A DNA stretch of 64,000 nucleotides from Rubellimicrobium sp. (GTDB taxonomy: Bacteria; Pseudomonadota; Alphaproteobacteria; Rhodobacterales; Rhodobacteraceae), in the NCBI GenBank assembly GCA_020852925.1, contig JADYZU010000036.1, forward strand, positions 1,404 to 65,403, written 5' to 3'. The translations under genes and the position numbers were made by a program. The notes beneath the pieces were generated by a model. The model was not told the DNA's origin, did not search any database, and saw only the letters and a list, made by a program, of their open reading frames with translations. Each line of letters starts with the position of its first letter. Position 1 is the first letter of the stretch. Positions 30,121 through 39,487 of the stretch are shown one piece after another.

Positions 30121-31152
30121 ATGAGCGCCGCGCTGGACCACCAGATGACCGCGATGCCGCCCGGCCCGGACGGGGGGGCGGCGCCGTCCTATCTCTATGA
30201 GACGGTGCGCGATCTTCTGGCGGCGCGCATCGGCAGCGGCGACCTTCCCGAGGGGGCGATTCTCAAGGAGGCGCATCTGGCGAGTCAGCTTGGCACCAGC
30301 CGCGCCCCCGTGCGCCGTGCGCTGGCGATGCTGGCCGAAAGCGGGCTGATTCGCCCGGCCCGGGGGCAGGGTTATGTCGTGGGCCGGGCCGCGCGCGGGA
30401 CGATGCAGATGTCCTCGCGCGAGTTGCACGAGATCCTGCGCGCCCAGGGCGACGACATCGACCGTTCCGCCACCTGGGAGCGGATCTTCGATCAGGTCGT
30501 GGACGAGGTGAGCGCCTGCATGCCCTTCGGCACCTACCGCATCCAGGAGGGGGAACTGGGCGACCACCACAACGTCAGCCGCACCGTCGCGCGCGAGGTG
30601 CTCTGGCGCCTGACCGACCGGCGCCTGATCGAGAAGGACCGCAAGTCGCACTGGATCGTCGGCCAGATGACCGCCCGCGACCTGCACGAGACCTTCGAGA
30701 TGCGCCGCCTGCTCGAGCCGCAGGCCCTTGCCCATGTCGCGCCCGATCTGGAGCGTGACTGGCTCGAGGCGCTGTCGGCGCGGGTCGGGGCGGCGATCGA
30801 CACCTTTCCCGCCAGCGGCCCGGCCGAGATGGACGCCATCGACCAGGCGATGTTCCAGTCCATGTATCGCGGCCTGCGCAATTCGCGGATGCACGGCTCG
30901 ATCCAGCGCAACCAGATCTCGCTGCTGGTATCGCGCCAGTTCCGCCACCATTTCCCGATGATCGACGATCTGCCCGCGCTGCGCGATCATGCGCAGATCC
31001 TGCACCACCTGCGTCAGGGGGCGGTGGATGTGGCGCAGATCCTGCTGCGCAACCACCTGCAACGGGCCGAACCCCTGAGCATCGCGCGCCTGCGCGTGCT
31101 TTCGGTGCTGCCGCCGCCGCGCCGGGTGGCCTGGCTGACCGCGATCCATTGA
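30121..31152 (+). CDS. GntR family (FadR/FCD subfamily) transcriptional regulator
   Basis: wHTH LKEAHLASQLGTSRAPVRRALAMLAESGLI plus an FCD-type C-terminal helical domain. Start uncertain (30121 chosen). Confidence 0.8.
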   Translation: MSAALDHQMTAMPPGPDGGAAPSYLYETVRDLLAARIGSGDLPEGAILKEAHLASQLGTSRAPVRRALAMLAESGLIRPARGQGYVVGRAARGTMQMSSRELHEILRAQGDDIDRSATWERIFDQVVDEVSACMPFGTYRIQEGELGDHHNVSRTVAREVLWRLTDRRLIEKDRKSHWIVGQMTARDLHETFEMRRLLEPQALAHVAPDLERDWLEALSARVGAAIDTFPASGPAEMDAIDQAMFQSMYRGLRNSRMHGSIQRNQISLLVSRQFRHHFPMIDDLPALRDHAQILHHLRQGAVDVAQILLRNHLQRAEPLSIARLRVLSVLPPPRRVAWLTAIH

Positions 31153-31156
31153 GGCG

Positions 31157-32332
31157 ATGATGTCCGCAACCGTGCTCAGGATCATCGGCACTTCGGCGAC
31201 GCTGACCGCCGAATTGCAGGCGCAGGCGCAGGCCGATCTGGAATTCCCGGTCTCGTTCGAGGTGCTTGACGGCGTGTCCTGCCAGCGTCGCGGGGTCATG
31301 GCGCCCGAAAGCTATGACATCTACGACCAGTGGTTCCACTCGCTCGATCTGCTGTGGACCGCCGGCTCGATCCAGCCGATCGACACCGCCCGCATCCGCC
31401 GCTGGCCCGAAGTCGAGCCGGCCGGCGATCCGATGGCGGCGCTGCGCGGCCACGGGACGCGGCCCGGCGCGGTGATGTTCGCGCGCGCCGACCGCTCGCT
31501 CGGCCCCACGCCCGACGATCCGGCCCGCCCGCGCATCGCCATGCTGCCCACGATCTACAACGTCGACAGCTTCGCCTATCTGCCCGAACTGGACGGCCTG
31601 CGCCGCCCGGACGAAGAGGAAAGCTGGGCCTGGCTGCTTGACGACCGCTGGCACGGGCGTTGTGCGATCGGCCTCGATCCGGCGGCAAGTGCGGTGGAAC
31701 TCGCGCTCGGGGCGCGGGCGGCCGGGCTGATGGCCGTGACGGATCCCGGCGACCTGACCATCGAGGAAATCGACGAACTCTTTGCCATCCTGATGTCGCG
31801 GCGGCGCTCGGGGCATTTCGGCCGGTTCTGGGCCTCGAACGAAGAGGCGGTGCGCGTCATGGCCGCGCCGGGCTGCCTGATCGGGTCGCTGTGGTCGCCC
31901 GCGCATTACGCGCTGCGCGGCATGGGCCACGAGATGATCTATGCCACCCCGGCCGAGGGCTATCGCGGCTGGCACGCCGGACAGAGCATCTCGGCCGCGG
32001 TCGAGGGCGAGAAACTCGAGATGGCCCACGCCTATCTCAACTGGTGGCTTGACGGAGTGCCGGGCGCGATCATGGCGCGGCAGGGCTATTACACCAGCGT
32101 GACCGGCCCGCTGCGCGAGACCCTGTCACCGGCGGAATGGGCCTACTGGTATGCGGGCGAACCCGCGCCCGAGGATCTGTCCGGCCCCGGCCCCGGCCCG
32201 GTGGTGCGCCGGGGAGAGCGGCGCCCCGGCGGCAGTTTCCGCGAACGGATGGCGCGCGTCGCGGTCTGGAGCACGATCATGCCCGAGCACAACTACCTCG
32301 CCCGGCGCTGGCGCGAGTTCACCGGGCCATGA
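31157..32332 (+). CDS. signal-less (cytoplasmic) paralog of the adjacent ABC substrate-binding protein
   Basis: 391 aa. Aligns by eye over the full mature length with 28575-29867 (e.g. RPGGSFRERMARVAVWSTIMPEHNYLARRWREF vs RDGGSFQERIGHIACWNTVMDEERHMVQRWNEF). No signal peptide. Starts 4 nt after the GntR stop. Confidence 0.8.
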   Translation: MMSATVLRIIGTSATLTAELQAQAQADLEFPVSFEVLDGVSCQRRGVMAPESYDIYDQWFHSLDLLWTAGSIQPIDTARIRRWPEVEPAGDPMAALRGHGTRPGAVMFARADRSLGPTPDDPARPRIAMLPTIYNVDSFAYLPELDGLRRPDEEESWAWLLDDRWHGRCAIGLDPAASAVELALGARAAGLMAVTDPGDLTIEEIDELFAILMSRRRSGHFGRFWASNEEAVRVMAAPGCLIGSLWSPAHYALRGMGHEMIYATPAEGYRGWHAGQSISAAVEGEKLEMAHAYLNWWLDGVPGAIMARQGYYTSVTGPLRETLSPAEWAYWYAGEPAPEDLSGPGPGPVVRRGERRPGGSFRERMARVAVWSTIMPEHNYLARRWREFTGP

Positions 32333-33248
32333 CCGGCGCCGCACGCCCGCGACGTTCCGCGATCAGGCGGCGCACCGTGCGCACGAAGTTCAGGAGCGCC
32401 GGATTCCGGTAGGCGCGGTTCCAGGCAAGGACCGTCTCGATCCGGGCCGGACAATCGGCAATCGGGCGGGTCATGATCGTGCGCGGCTGGAACCGTTCGA
32501 TCCCCTGCGAATAGACCGAAACCCCCTGCCCCGACCCGACAAGCCCGAGGATCCCCATGGCGTTCGACGCCTCGTGACGGACATGGATCTGCTGGCCTGC
32601 CTGGGCGAACACATCCATGACGAAGGTGCGAAACGAATCCCATTCCGCCATGGAGCCCAGCACCATCGGATACTGCGCCAGTTCCTCGAGCGTGACCAGC
32701 GGCCGTATCGCCAGCCGGTGGTCGATGGGCAGGATGGCGACGAGGGGCTCGCTCTCGACGGCGACGGTCTCGAATTGCGGGTGGCTGAACGGACCCAGCA
32801 TGAAGCCCGCGTCGATGGTGTTGCGCGCCAGTTCGATCTTCTGGCCCTGGGTGCGCAGGTAGCGCAGTTCGAGTTCGACATCCGGAAACTCGCGCGAGAA
32901 CGCCGCCACCGCCTGCGGCATCCATTCGATGGCGGCGAATGACATGTAGGCCAGGCGCAACTGGCCGCGCTTGCCTTCGGCGGCGATGCGCGCGGCATGG
33001 GCGGCGCGCTCGATCTCGAGCGGGATGAGCCTGGTGCGTTCGTGAAAGATCTGCCCCGCCGGGGTGAGCGAGACCTCGCGCGTCGTGCGCCGCAAGAGCG
33101 GATAGCCCAGCGTCTCCTCAAGCTGCCGGATGCGCCGCGACAGCGCGCTCTGGTCGATGGCCAGCCGTTCGGCCGCGCGGCGGAACGACAGTTCCGTTGC
33201 AACCGCGTTGAAGGCGGCAATCTCGCGCGAGCCGGGCAGGCGGGACAT
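32319..33248 (-). CDS. LysR family transcriptional regulator
   Basis: 309 aa from MSRLPGSREIAAFNAVATELSFRRAAERLAIDQSALSRRIRQLE. Divergent from the isochorismatase-hyuAB operon. Confidence 0.9.
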   Translation of the reverse strand: MSRLPGSREIAAFNAVATELSFRRAAERLAIDQSALSRRIRQLEETLGYPLLRRTTREVSLTPAGQIFHERTRLIPLEIERAAHAARIAAEGKRGQLRLAYMSFAAIEWMPQAVAAFSREFPDVELELRYLRTQGQKIELARNTIDAGFMLGPFSHPQFETVAVESEPLVAILPIDHRLAIRPLVTLEELAQYPMVLGSMAEWDSFRTFVMDVFAQAGQQIHVRHEASNAMGILGLVGSGQGVSVYSQGIERFQPRTIMTRPIADCPARIETVLAWNRAYRNPALLNFVRTVRRLIAERRGRAAPVMAR

Positions 33249-33377
33249 GGCACCCTCTGGCGGGGCATTGATGCAGTTTCGTCCATGATAGAGGGAAAAG
33301 CGGCCATTCACCAGCGCCCCGCCACCGGCGATCATCGCAGGGAACCCCATCCATCCCTGCCCACGCGAGGAACGACC

Positions 33378-34085
33378 ATGAGCGCCATCGACAATGCCGA
33401 ACTCGACCGGATGCTGAACGAGGCCTTTGCCGCCGCCAGCCGCCTTTACAGGGAGCGCGGATTCCAGCGCCGTGTCGGCTGGGGCAAGCGCCCGGCGCTG
33501 GTGAGCGTGGACCTTGCCAATGCCTGGACCCGGCCCGGCAACCCCTTCACCTGCGATCAGGAGAAGATGGACAACGAACTCATCCCCGCCATGCAGCAAC
33601 TGCTGCGGGCGTTCCGCGCGGCGAAATTCCCGGTGGTGCATGTGACCACCGCCTACGAGATCACCGACCGTCAGTCGGATTTCACCGACATGGGCCTGTG
33701 GCACGACAAGATCCCGGTCGAGGCGGTGAACCTCAAGGACAGGGATCTCTGGGCCATCGACAGCCGCATCGCGCCGATCGAGGGCGAATACACCCTGCTC
33801 AAGAAGCGCGCCTCGTCCTTCCACGGCACCGAACTGGCCGGCATCCTGCGGGCGAACAATGTCGATACCATCGTCGTGACCGGCGTCACCGCCTGCGCCT
33901 GCGTGCGCCAGACCATCTGTGACGGCCTCGCCGACGGGTTCCGCACCATCGCCGCGCGCGAGGCCATCGGCGACCGCGTGCCGGGGGCGGTGGCCTGGAA
34001 CCTTTTCGACATCGACGCGAAATTCGGTGACGTGGAGGGCGTGGACGACATCTGCGCCAAGGTGGCCGAACTGGCCCGGGCCTGA
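33378..34085 (+). CDS. isochorismatase-family hydrolase (N-carbamoylsarcosine amidase-like)
   Basis: 235 aa. VSVDL.., KKRASSF, VVTGVTACACV catalytic Cys region. Confidence 0.8.
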   Translation: MSAIDNAELDRMLNEAFAAASRLYRERGFQRRVGWGKRPALVSVDLANAWTRPGNPFTCDQEKMDNELIPAMQQLLRAFRAAKFPVVHVTTAYEITDRQSDFTDMGLWHDKIPVEAVNLKDRDLWAIDSRIAPIEGEYTLLKKRASSFHGTELAGILRANNVDTIVVTGVTACACVRQTICDGLADGFRTIAAREAIGDRVPGAVAWNLFDIDAKFGDVEGVDDICAKVAELARA

Positions 34086-34150
34086 GGGCCGCAAGGAGGG
34101 GCGGGCCGCCGCGAAGCGCCCGCCCCTCGCATCAGGGAGAGGAGACACCA

Positions 34151-36223
34151 ATGGCACGGATCGGCGTCGACGTCGGCGGCACGAATACCGACATCGTTCT
34201 TGAATGCGACAGGGGCATCTTCGTCCACAAGGTGCCCTCGACCCCGCAGGACCAGTCCATCGCCGTAATCCGCGGCGTGCTCGAGATCTGCGCGATGGCG
34301 GGCGTGGCCAAGGAGAAGGTCGAGGTGATCGCCCACGGCACCACGGTGGCGACCAACATCACCATCGAACACAACGGCGCCGAGGTGGGCATGATCACCA
34401 CCCGCGGCTTCCGCGACATCCTGCACATCGGCCGCCACAAGCGGCCGCACAATTTCTCGCTTCACTTCGACGTGCCCTGGCAAAGCCACCCGCTGGTGAA
34501 GCGGCGCAACCGCATCGCCGTGACCGAACGCATCCGCCCGCCCTCGGGCGAGGTGGAAACCCCGCTGGCCGAGGACGAGGTCCGCGCCGCCTGCGCCCTG
34601 TTCCGCAAGCGCGGGATCAGGTCGGTCTGCATCGGCTTCATGTTCTCGTTCCTCAACGACGCGCACGAACGGCGCGCGCGCGAGATCGTCGAGGAGGAAA
34701 TCCCCGGCGCCTACATCTCGATCTCGTCCGAGGTGGCGAACGTCATCCGCGAATACGAACGCTTCTCGACCGTGGCGATGAACGCCTTTGTCGGACCGAA
34801 GGCCGCACTTTACCTGCGCAATCTGGAAACCAAGGTGCGCGAGGCCGGGATCCCCGCCAAGCTGCGCGTGATCCAGTCGAACGGCGGCATCTCGACCATC
34901 GAGGGCTGCTCGAAAAAGCCGGTGGGCATCCTCATGTCAGGCCCTGCGGGCGGCGTGATCGGCGCGCTGGCCGAGGCGCGGCTGGCCGGGATCGACAACA
35001 TCATGACGAACGACATCGGCGGCACCTCGGCCGATATCTCGACCATCGCCGGGGGGCGGCTGCGCATCAAGAACCCGCGCGACACGCTGGTGTCGGGCCA
35101 TGCGGTCATGGCGCCGATGATCGACCTCGAGACGATGGGCGCCGGCGGCGGCTCCATCGCCTGGATCGACGAGGCGGGCGGATTCCACGTCGGGCCGCGC
35201 TCGGCCGGATCGGAACCGGGGCCGGCCTGCTATGGCCGGGGCGGCACCGAACCCACGGTGACCGATGCGCAGGTCGTCCTGGGCCGGATGGACGCGGACC
35301 GGTTCCTGGGCGGCGACCTGCCGCTTGACCCCGAACTGTCGCACAGGGCCATCCGCGAGCGGATCGCCGAACCCCTGGGCATTTCCGTCACCGAGGCGGC
35401 GCTGGGCATCATCAGGGTCGTGAACAACAACATGGCGCTGAAGATGCGCGCCAATTCGGTCGCCCGCGGCTATGACCCGCGGGAATTCTCGCTCATGCCG
35501 TTCGGCGGCGCCGGGCCGTTCCATGGCGTCGCCCTTGCCGAACTGGTCAGCGCGCGCGACGTGCTGGTGCCGATGGCGCCGGGGATCACGGCGGCCATGG
35601 GCCTCTTGGGGACGAACCTGCAATACGAACACATCCGTTCGGTCATCACCAACGTGCTGGGCGCCGACCAGGCCGCGCTTGACCGGGTGAACGCGGTGAT
35701 CGACGAACTGACCGCCGCCGGGCGGGCGGATCTGGACCTTGACGGCGTGCCCGAAGGCGACCGCGCCCATGAGGTGATCGCCGAGATGCGCTATCACGGC
35801 CAGGGGTTCGAACTGCGCGTTCCGGTGCCGGACAGGCGGCTGACCATGGAGAACCGCGCGGCCATCGTCGCGGCCTTCCATGACGCCCATGTCGCCGACT
35901 ACGGCTATGCCTTCGACGACAGTCTGGTGGAACTCTACAACATCCGCATCATCGCCACGGCGGCGGTGCGGCATCTCGAACTGCCGCGCATCGCCCGCGG
36001 CGCGCCCGACGACCTGACGCGCGCCTTCATGTATCAGCGCGATACCGTGTTCGACGACGGCACGGCCCATCCGACCCCGCGCTATGACCGTGGCCAGCTG
36101 GGCGCGGGCACAAGGGTTCCGGGGCCTGCCATCATCATCCAGCACAATTCCACCACGCTGCTGCCGCCCGGCTACACGGCCGAGGTTCTCGACCACGGCA
36201 GCATGCGCCTTGCCAGGGCCTGA
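34151..36223 (+). CDS. hyuA: hydantoinase/oxoprolinase family, A subunit (N-methylhydantoinase A-like)
   Basis: 690 aa. MARIGVDVGGTNTDIV, DIGGTSADIS ATPase motifs. Confidence 0.9.
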   Translation: MARIGVDVGGTNTDIVLECDRGIFVHKVPSTPQDQSIAVIRGVLEICAMAGVAKEKVEVIAHGTTVATNITIEHNGAEVGMITTRGFRDILHIGRHKRPHNFSLHFDVPWQSHPLVKRRNRIAVTERIRPPSGEVETPLAEDEVRAACALFRKRGIRSVCIGFMFSFLNDAHERRAREIVEEEIPGAYISISSEVANVIREYERFSTVAMNAFVGPKAALYLRNLETKVREAGIPAKLRVIQSNGGISTIEGCSKKPVGILMSGPAGGVIGALAEARLAGIDNIMTNDIGGTSADISTIAGGRLRIKNPRDTLVSGHAVMAPMIDLETMGAGGGSIAWIDEAGGFHVGPRSAGSEPGPACYGRGGTEPTVTDAQVVLGRMDADRFLGGDLPLDPELSHRAIRERIAEPLGISVTEAALGIIRVVNNNMALKMRANSVARGYDPREFSLMPFGGAGPFHGVALAELVSARDVLVPMAPGITAAMGLLGTNLQYEHIRSVITNVLGADQAALDRVNAVIDELTAAGRADLDLDGVPEGDRAHEVIAEMRYHGQGFELRVPVPDRRLTMENRAAIVAAFHDAHVADYGYAFDDSLVELYNIRIIATAAVRHLELPRIARGAPDDLTRAFMYQRDTVFDDGTAHPTPRYDRGQLGAGTRVPGPAIIIQHNSTTLLPPGYTAEVLDHGSMRLARA

Positions 36224-36233
36224 GGGAGGGACC

Positions 36234-38003
36234 ATGACCAGCGACACCAGGATCGACCCGATCACGCTGCAAGTGATCCGCGGCTCGATCGAGACCATCG
36301 CCGAGGAAATGGCGCATGTGCTGTTCCGCATGTCGTTCTCCTCGATCATCCGCGAGAGCGAGGATCTGGGCGCAGGGCTGTTCGACAAGGATTTCAACAC
36401 GCTGTGCGAATCCGAATCGACGCCGATGCATATCGGGTCCATCCCCGGCTACCTGCACGGGATCATGGACAGCCTCGATGACGGCCAGTGGTTCGACGGC
36501 GATGTGGTGGTCCACAACCACCCCTATCACGGCGCTTCGCACACGCCCGACCTCGCCATCGTCATCCCGATCTTCTATCAGGGCGAACTGGTCGGCTATT
36601 CGGCCAATACCGCCCACCATATCGACATCGGCGCGGCGACGCCCGGCCTGATCATCGACGTGCCCGATGTCTATGCCGAAGGGATGCTGTTCGCGGGGAC
36701 CAAGCTGTATCGCAAGGGCGAACGCAACGAGACGATGTGGAACTACATCCGCCGCAACAGCCGCGCCGCGCGGCAACTCTGCGACGACATCGAGGCGCAG
36801 ATCGCCTCGGCCCGGCTGGGGGCGAGGCGGTTCAGGGAACTGCTGGACCGCTACGGCAAGGATCTTGTGTTCGGCGCCTGCAACCAGCTCATGGATTATT
36901 CGGAATCCATGCTGCGCGCCCGGATCAGCGCCATTCCCGACGGCGAATACCGTGCCGAGGGCTGGCTGGACGATGATGGCCGCAACCGCGGGCAGCATCT
37001 GCCGGTGAAGGTCTGCGTGCGGGTGATCGGCGACCGGATCGAGGTGGACCTGACCGGATCGGCCCCGCAGACGCCCACCGCCTACAACGTGCCTTTCGAG
37101 GGATCGACCAAGGTCGCGGCCTTCGCCGCCTTCCGCAAGCTCCTGCTCGATACCGCGACCAGCCCTTCGCGGGTGCCGTCGAACCAGGGCAGTTTCCGGC
37201 CGATCAGCGTGATCGCGCCCAAGGGCACGATCTTCAATCCCGAGGCGCCCGCCTCGGCCGAGGCGCGCTTTACCCAGTGCAATTTCATGATCGACCTGAT
37301 CCTGCGGGCCATGGCCCCGGTCCTGCCCGAGGAAATCATCGCCGGGTCTTCGGCCTCGATCTCTTTCGCCTCCTATGCGGGGGTGCGGCCGGACGGGAAC
37401 TACTGGGTGTTCCTCGAGGTGAACGAAGGCGCCTATGGCGGCCGGCCGCACAGCGACGGGCCCGATGCCATCGACAACCTGATGGCCAACACCCGCAACA
37501 ACCCGCTCGAGGATCTGGCGATGCATATCCCCATGATCTGCGAGCGCTACGAGCTGCGCGACGACGTGGCCCCCGGCGCGGGCCGGTTCCGGGGCGGAAT
37601 CGGCGTGGTGAAGGCGCAGCGCATCCTGACCGATGGCATCATCACCCACGAATCCGAACGCCACACCAATGTGCCCTGGGGCATCTTCGGCGGCCGCCCC
37701 GGCGCGCTGGGCAAGTGCGAGATCTACAACGTCAATGGCGGTGAAACGCGGTCCATGCATTCCAAGTTCCACGGCCTCGCCGTGAAGAAGGACGATGTCA
37801 TGGCCTATTACAGCCCCTGCGGCGGCGGCTATGGCAGCCCGCTCGAACGGGATCCGAAGAAGGTTCTCGACGATGTTCTCGACGGGTTCTGCACCGCGCA
37901 GGATGCGTTCGAGATCTATGGCGTCGTCCTCGACCTCGAGGCCGAGACGGTCGACCTGCGCGCCACCGGCGAAAGGCGCAGGGCGATGGAGGCCGTGGCC
38001 TGA
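36234..38003 (+). CDS. hyuB: hydantoinase B/oxoprolinase family, B subunit (N-methylhydantoinase B-like)
   Basis: 589 aa from MTSDTRIDPITLQVIRGSIETIAEEM. HNHPYHGASHTPD motif. Confidence 0.9.
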   Translation: MTSDTRIDPITLQVIRGSIETIAEEMAHVLFRMSFSSIIRESEDLGAGLFDKDFNTLCESESTPMHIGSIPGYLHGIMDSLDDGQWFDGDVVVHNHPYHGASHTPDLAIVIPIFYQGELVGYSANTAHHIDIGAATPGLIIDVPDVYAEGMLFAGTKLYRKGERNETMWNYIRRNSRAARQLCDDIEAQIASARLGARRFRELLDRYGKDLVFGACNQLMDYSESMLRARISAIPDGEYRAEGWLDDDGRNRGQHLPVKVCVRVIGDRIEVDLTGSAPQTPTAYNVPFEGSTKVAAFAAFRKLLLDTATSPSRVPSNQGSFRPISVIAPKGTIFNPEAPASAEARFTQCNFMIDLILRAMAPVLPEEIIAGSSASISFASYAGVRPDGNYWVFLEVNEGAYGGRPHSDGPDAIDNLMANTRNNPLEDLAMHIPMICERYELRDDVAPGAGRFRGGIGVVKAQRILTDGIITHESERHTNVPWGIFGGRPGALGKCEIYNVNGGETRSMHSKFHGLAVKKDDVMAYYSPCGGGYGSPLERDPKKVLDDVLDGFCTAQDAFEIYGVVLDLEAETVDLRATGERRRAMEAVA

Positions 38004-38023
38004 TCACCGGCCCGGCCCCGACC

Positions 38024-38055
38024 CCCGCCCCCCCCTTTTCTCCCGGGGGGGCGGG
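38024..38055. terminator. GC-rich hairpin between convergent hyuB and glpK
   Basis: cccgcccccccc-(tttt-containing loop)-gggggggcggg, about 11-bp stem. No clear flanking U-tract on either strand. Confidence 0.35.
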
Positions 38056-38059
38056 CGGT

Positions 38060-39487
38060 TCACCCCCCCGGCGCGGGCTGGTGCGCGCCATAGGCACGGA
38101 CAGCCTCGCGCGCGGCGCGAAAGCGGGCGGTCCATTCCTGCGGGATCGGGCGCGGCGTGATGATGCGGCCTGCGGGCACATGGCCGGCCCCTTCGGGCAG
38201 ACCGGCCCCCCGCAGCGCAAGCTGCCCACAGCCCAGCGCGGTCAGTTCGGATTCGGCAGGGATGCGCAGCTCCTGCCCAAGCACATCCGCCAGAAAGCGG
38301 CAGAACCAGGGATTGCGGCTCATCCCGCCGTCGATGCTGACCGGGGCACGCACCGGCACCGCGCGCGCCATCGCGTCCACCACCTCGGTCATGCGGAAGG
38401 CCACCCCCTCGAGCAGGGCCTGCATCATGTCCGCCCGCGTCGTCCCGAGTTCGAGACCGAACCACGCCCCGCGCGTGCCCCGGTCCCAATGCGGTGCCGC
38501 CAGCCCGGCCAGCGCGGGCACGAAGGCCAGCCCGCGGGAAATCGCGGGCGGGGCGGCGAAATCGCCGATCTCGTCCCAGGTGCCGAACAGCCCGATCCCC
38601 CGCGCCCAGTTTACCGCCGAAGCCGCCGTATAGACCCCGCCATCAAGCGCATGGACCGGCGCGGCGCCCCCTTCTTCCCAGGCGATGGTGGGCAGGAGCG
38701 TGGCACTTTCGGCCAGCTCGCCGGTCAGGGTCAGGGCGAAGGCGCCGGTGCCGAAGGTGATCTTGGCATCGCCGGGACGGCGCGCGCCGTGGCCGTGAAG
38801 CGCGGCCTGCTGATCGACCACGCTGGCCGTCAGGGGAATGCCGCCCGGCAACAGGCCCAGCGCGCCGGTCGTCGCCCGGATCGGCGGCAACGCCGCCATC
38901 GGCACGCCGAAGGCCGCGCACAGCTCCGCGTCCCACACCCGCCGCCGCAAATCCATGAGCGCGGTGCGCGAGGCCGTGGTGGGATCGGTCTCGAACCGGC
39001 CGGTCAGGCGGTCGCGAAAGAACGCATCCGTGGTGCCAAGGCGCAGATGCCCCGACCGCGCCAGATCGCGCGCGCGCGGCACATGCGCCATGATCCAGCC
39101 AAGTTTCGATCCCGCGAAATAGGGATCAAGCGGCAGCCCCGCCCGTTCGCGCACCAGCACATCCACCCCCGCGCGCGCCAGATCGGCACAGGTCCGGGCG
39201 GTGCGGTCGTCCTGCCAGACGATGACGGGGCTGATCGCCTCGCCGGTGCGGGCGTCCCAGGCCAGGCAGCTTTCCCCCTGGTTGTCGAGGCCGGCACAAT
39301 CGACTGCGGGTGCCGCGGCAAGGCAGGCGCGGATATTGGCCAGGATTTCCTCGGGGTCATGCTCCACGCGGCCGGGGGCGGGGTGGATCTGGCGGTGGCT
39401 GACGGCATGGACCGGGCGAATGCCGGTCCCGTCCACCACGAAGGCGCGGGTCGAGGTGGTTCCCTGGTCGATGGCAAGAGCCTTCAT
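38060..39487 (-). CDS. glpK: glycerol kinase (FGGY family)
   Basis: 475 aa from MKALAIDQGTTSTRAFV. GTTDAF, FGTGAF, IDGGMS motifs. The ORF track's 840-aa extension overlaps the upstream gene out of frame. Confidence 0.88.
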   Translation of the reverse strand: MKALAIDQGTTSTRAFVVDGTGIRPVHAVSHRQIHPAPGRVEHDPEEILANIRACLAAAPAVDCAGLDNQGESCLAWDARTGEAISPVIVWQDDRTARTCADLARAGVDVLVRERAGLPLDPYFAGSKLGWIMAHVPRARDLARSGHLRLGTTDAFFRDRLTGRFETDPTTASRTALMDLRRRVWDAELCAAFGVPMAALPPIRATTGALGLLPGGIPLTASVVDQQAALHGHGARRPGDAKITFGTGAFALTLTGELAESATLLPTIAWEEGGAAPVHALDGGVYTAASAVNWARGIGLFGTWDEIGDFAAPPAISRGLAFVPALAGLAAPHWDRGTRGAWFGLELGTTRADMMQALLEGVAFRMTEVVDAMARAVPVRAPVSIDGGMSRNPWFCRFLADVLGQELRIPAESELTALGCGQLALRGAGLPEGAGHVPAGRIITPRPIPQEWTARFRAAREAVRAYGAHQPAPGG

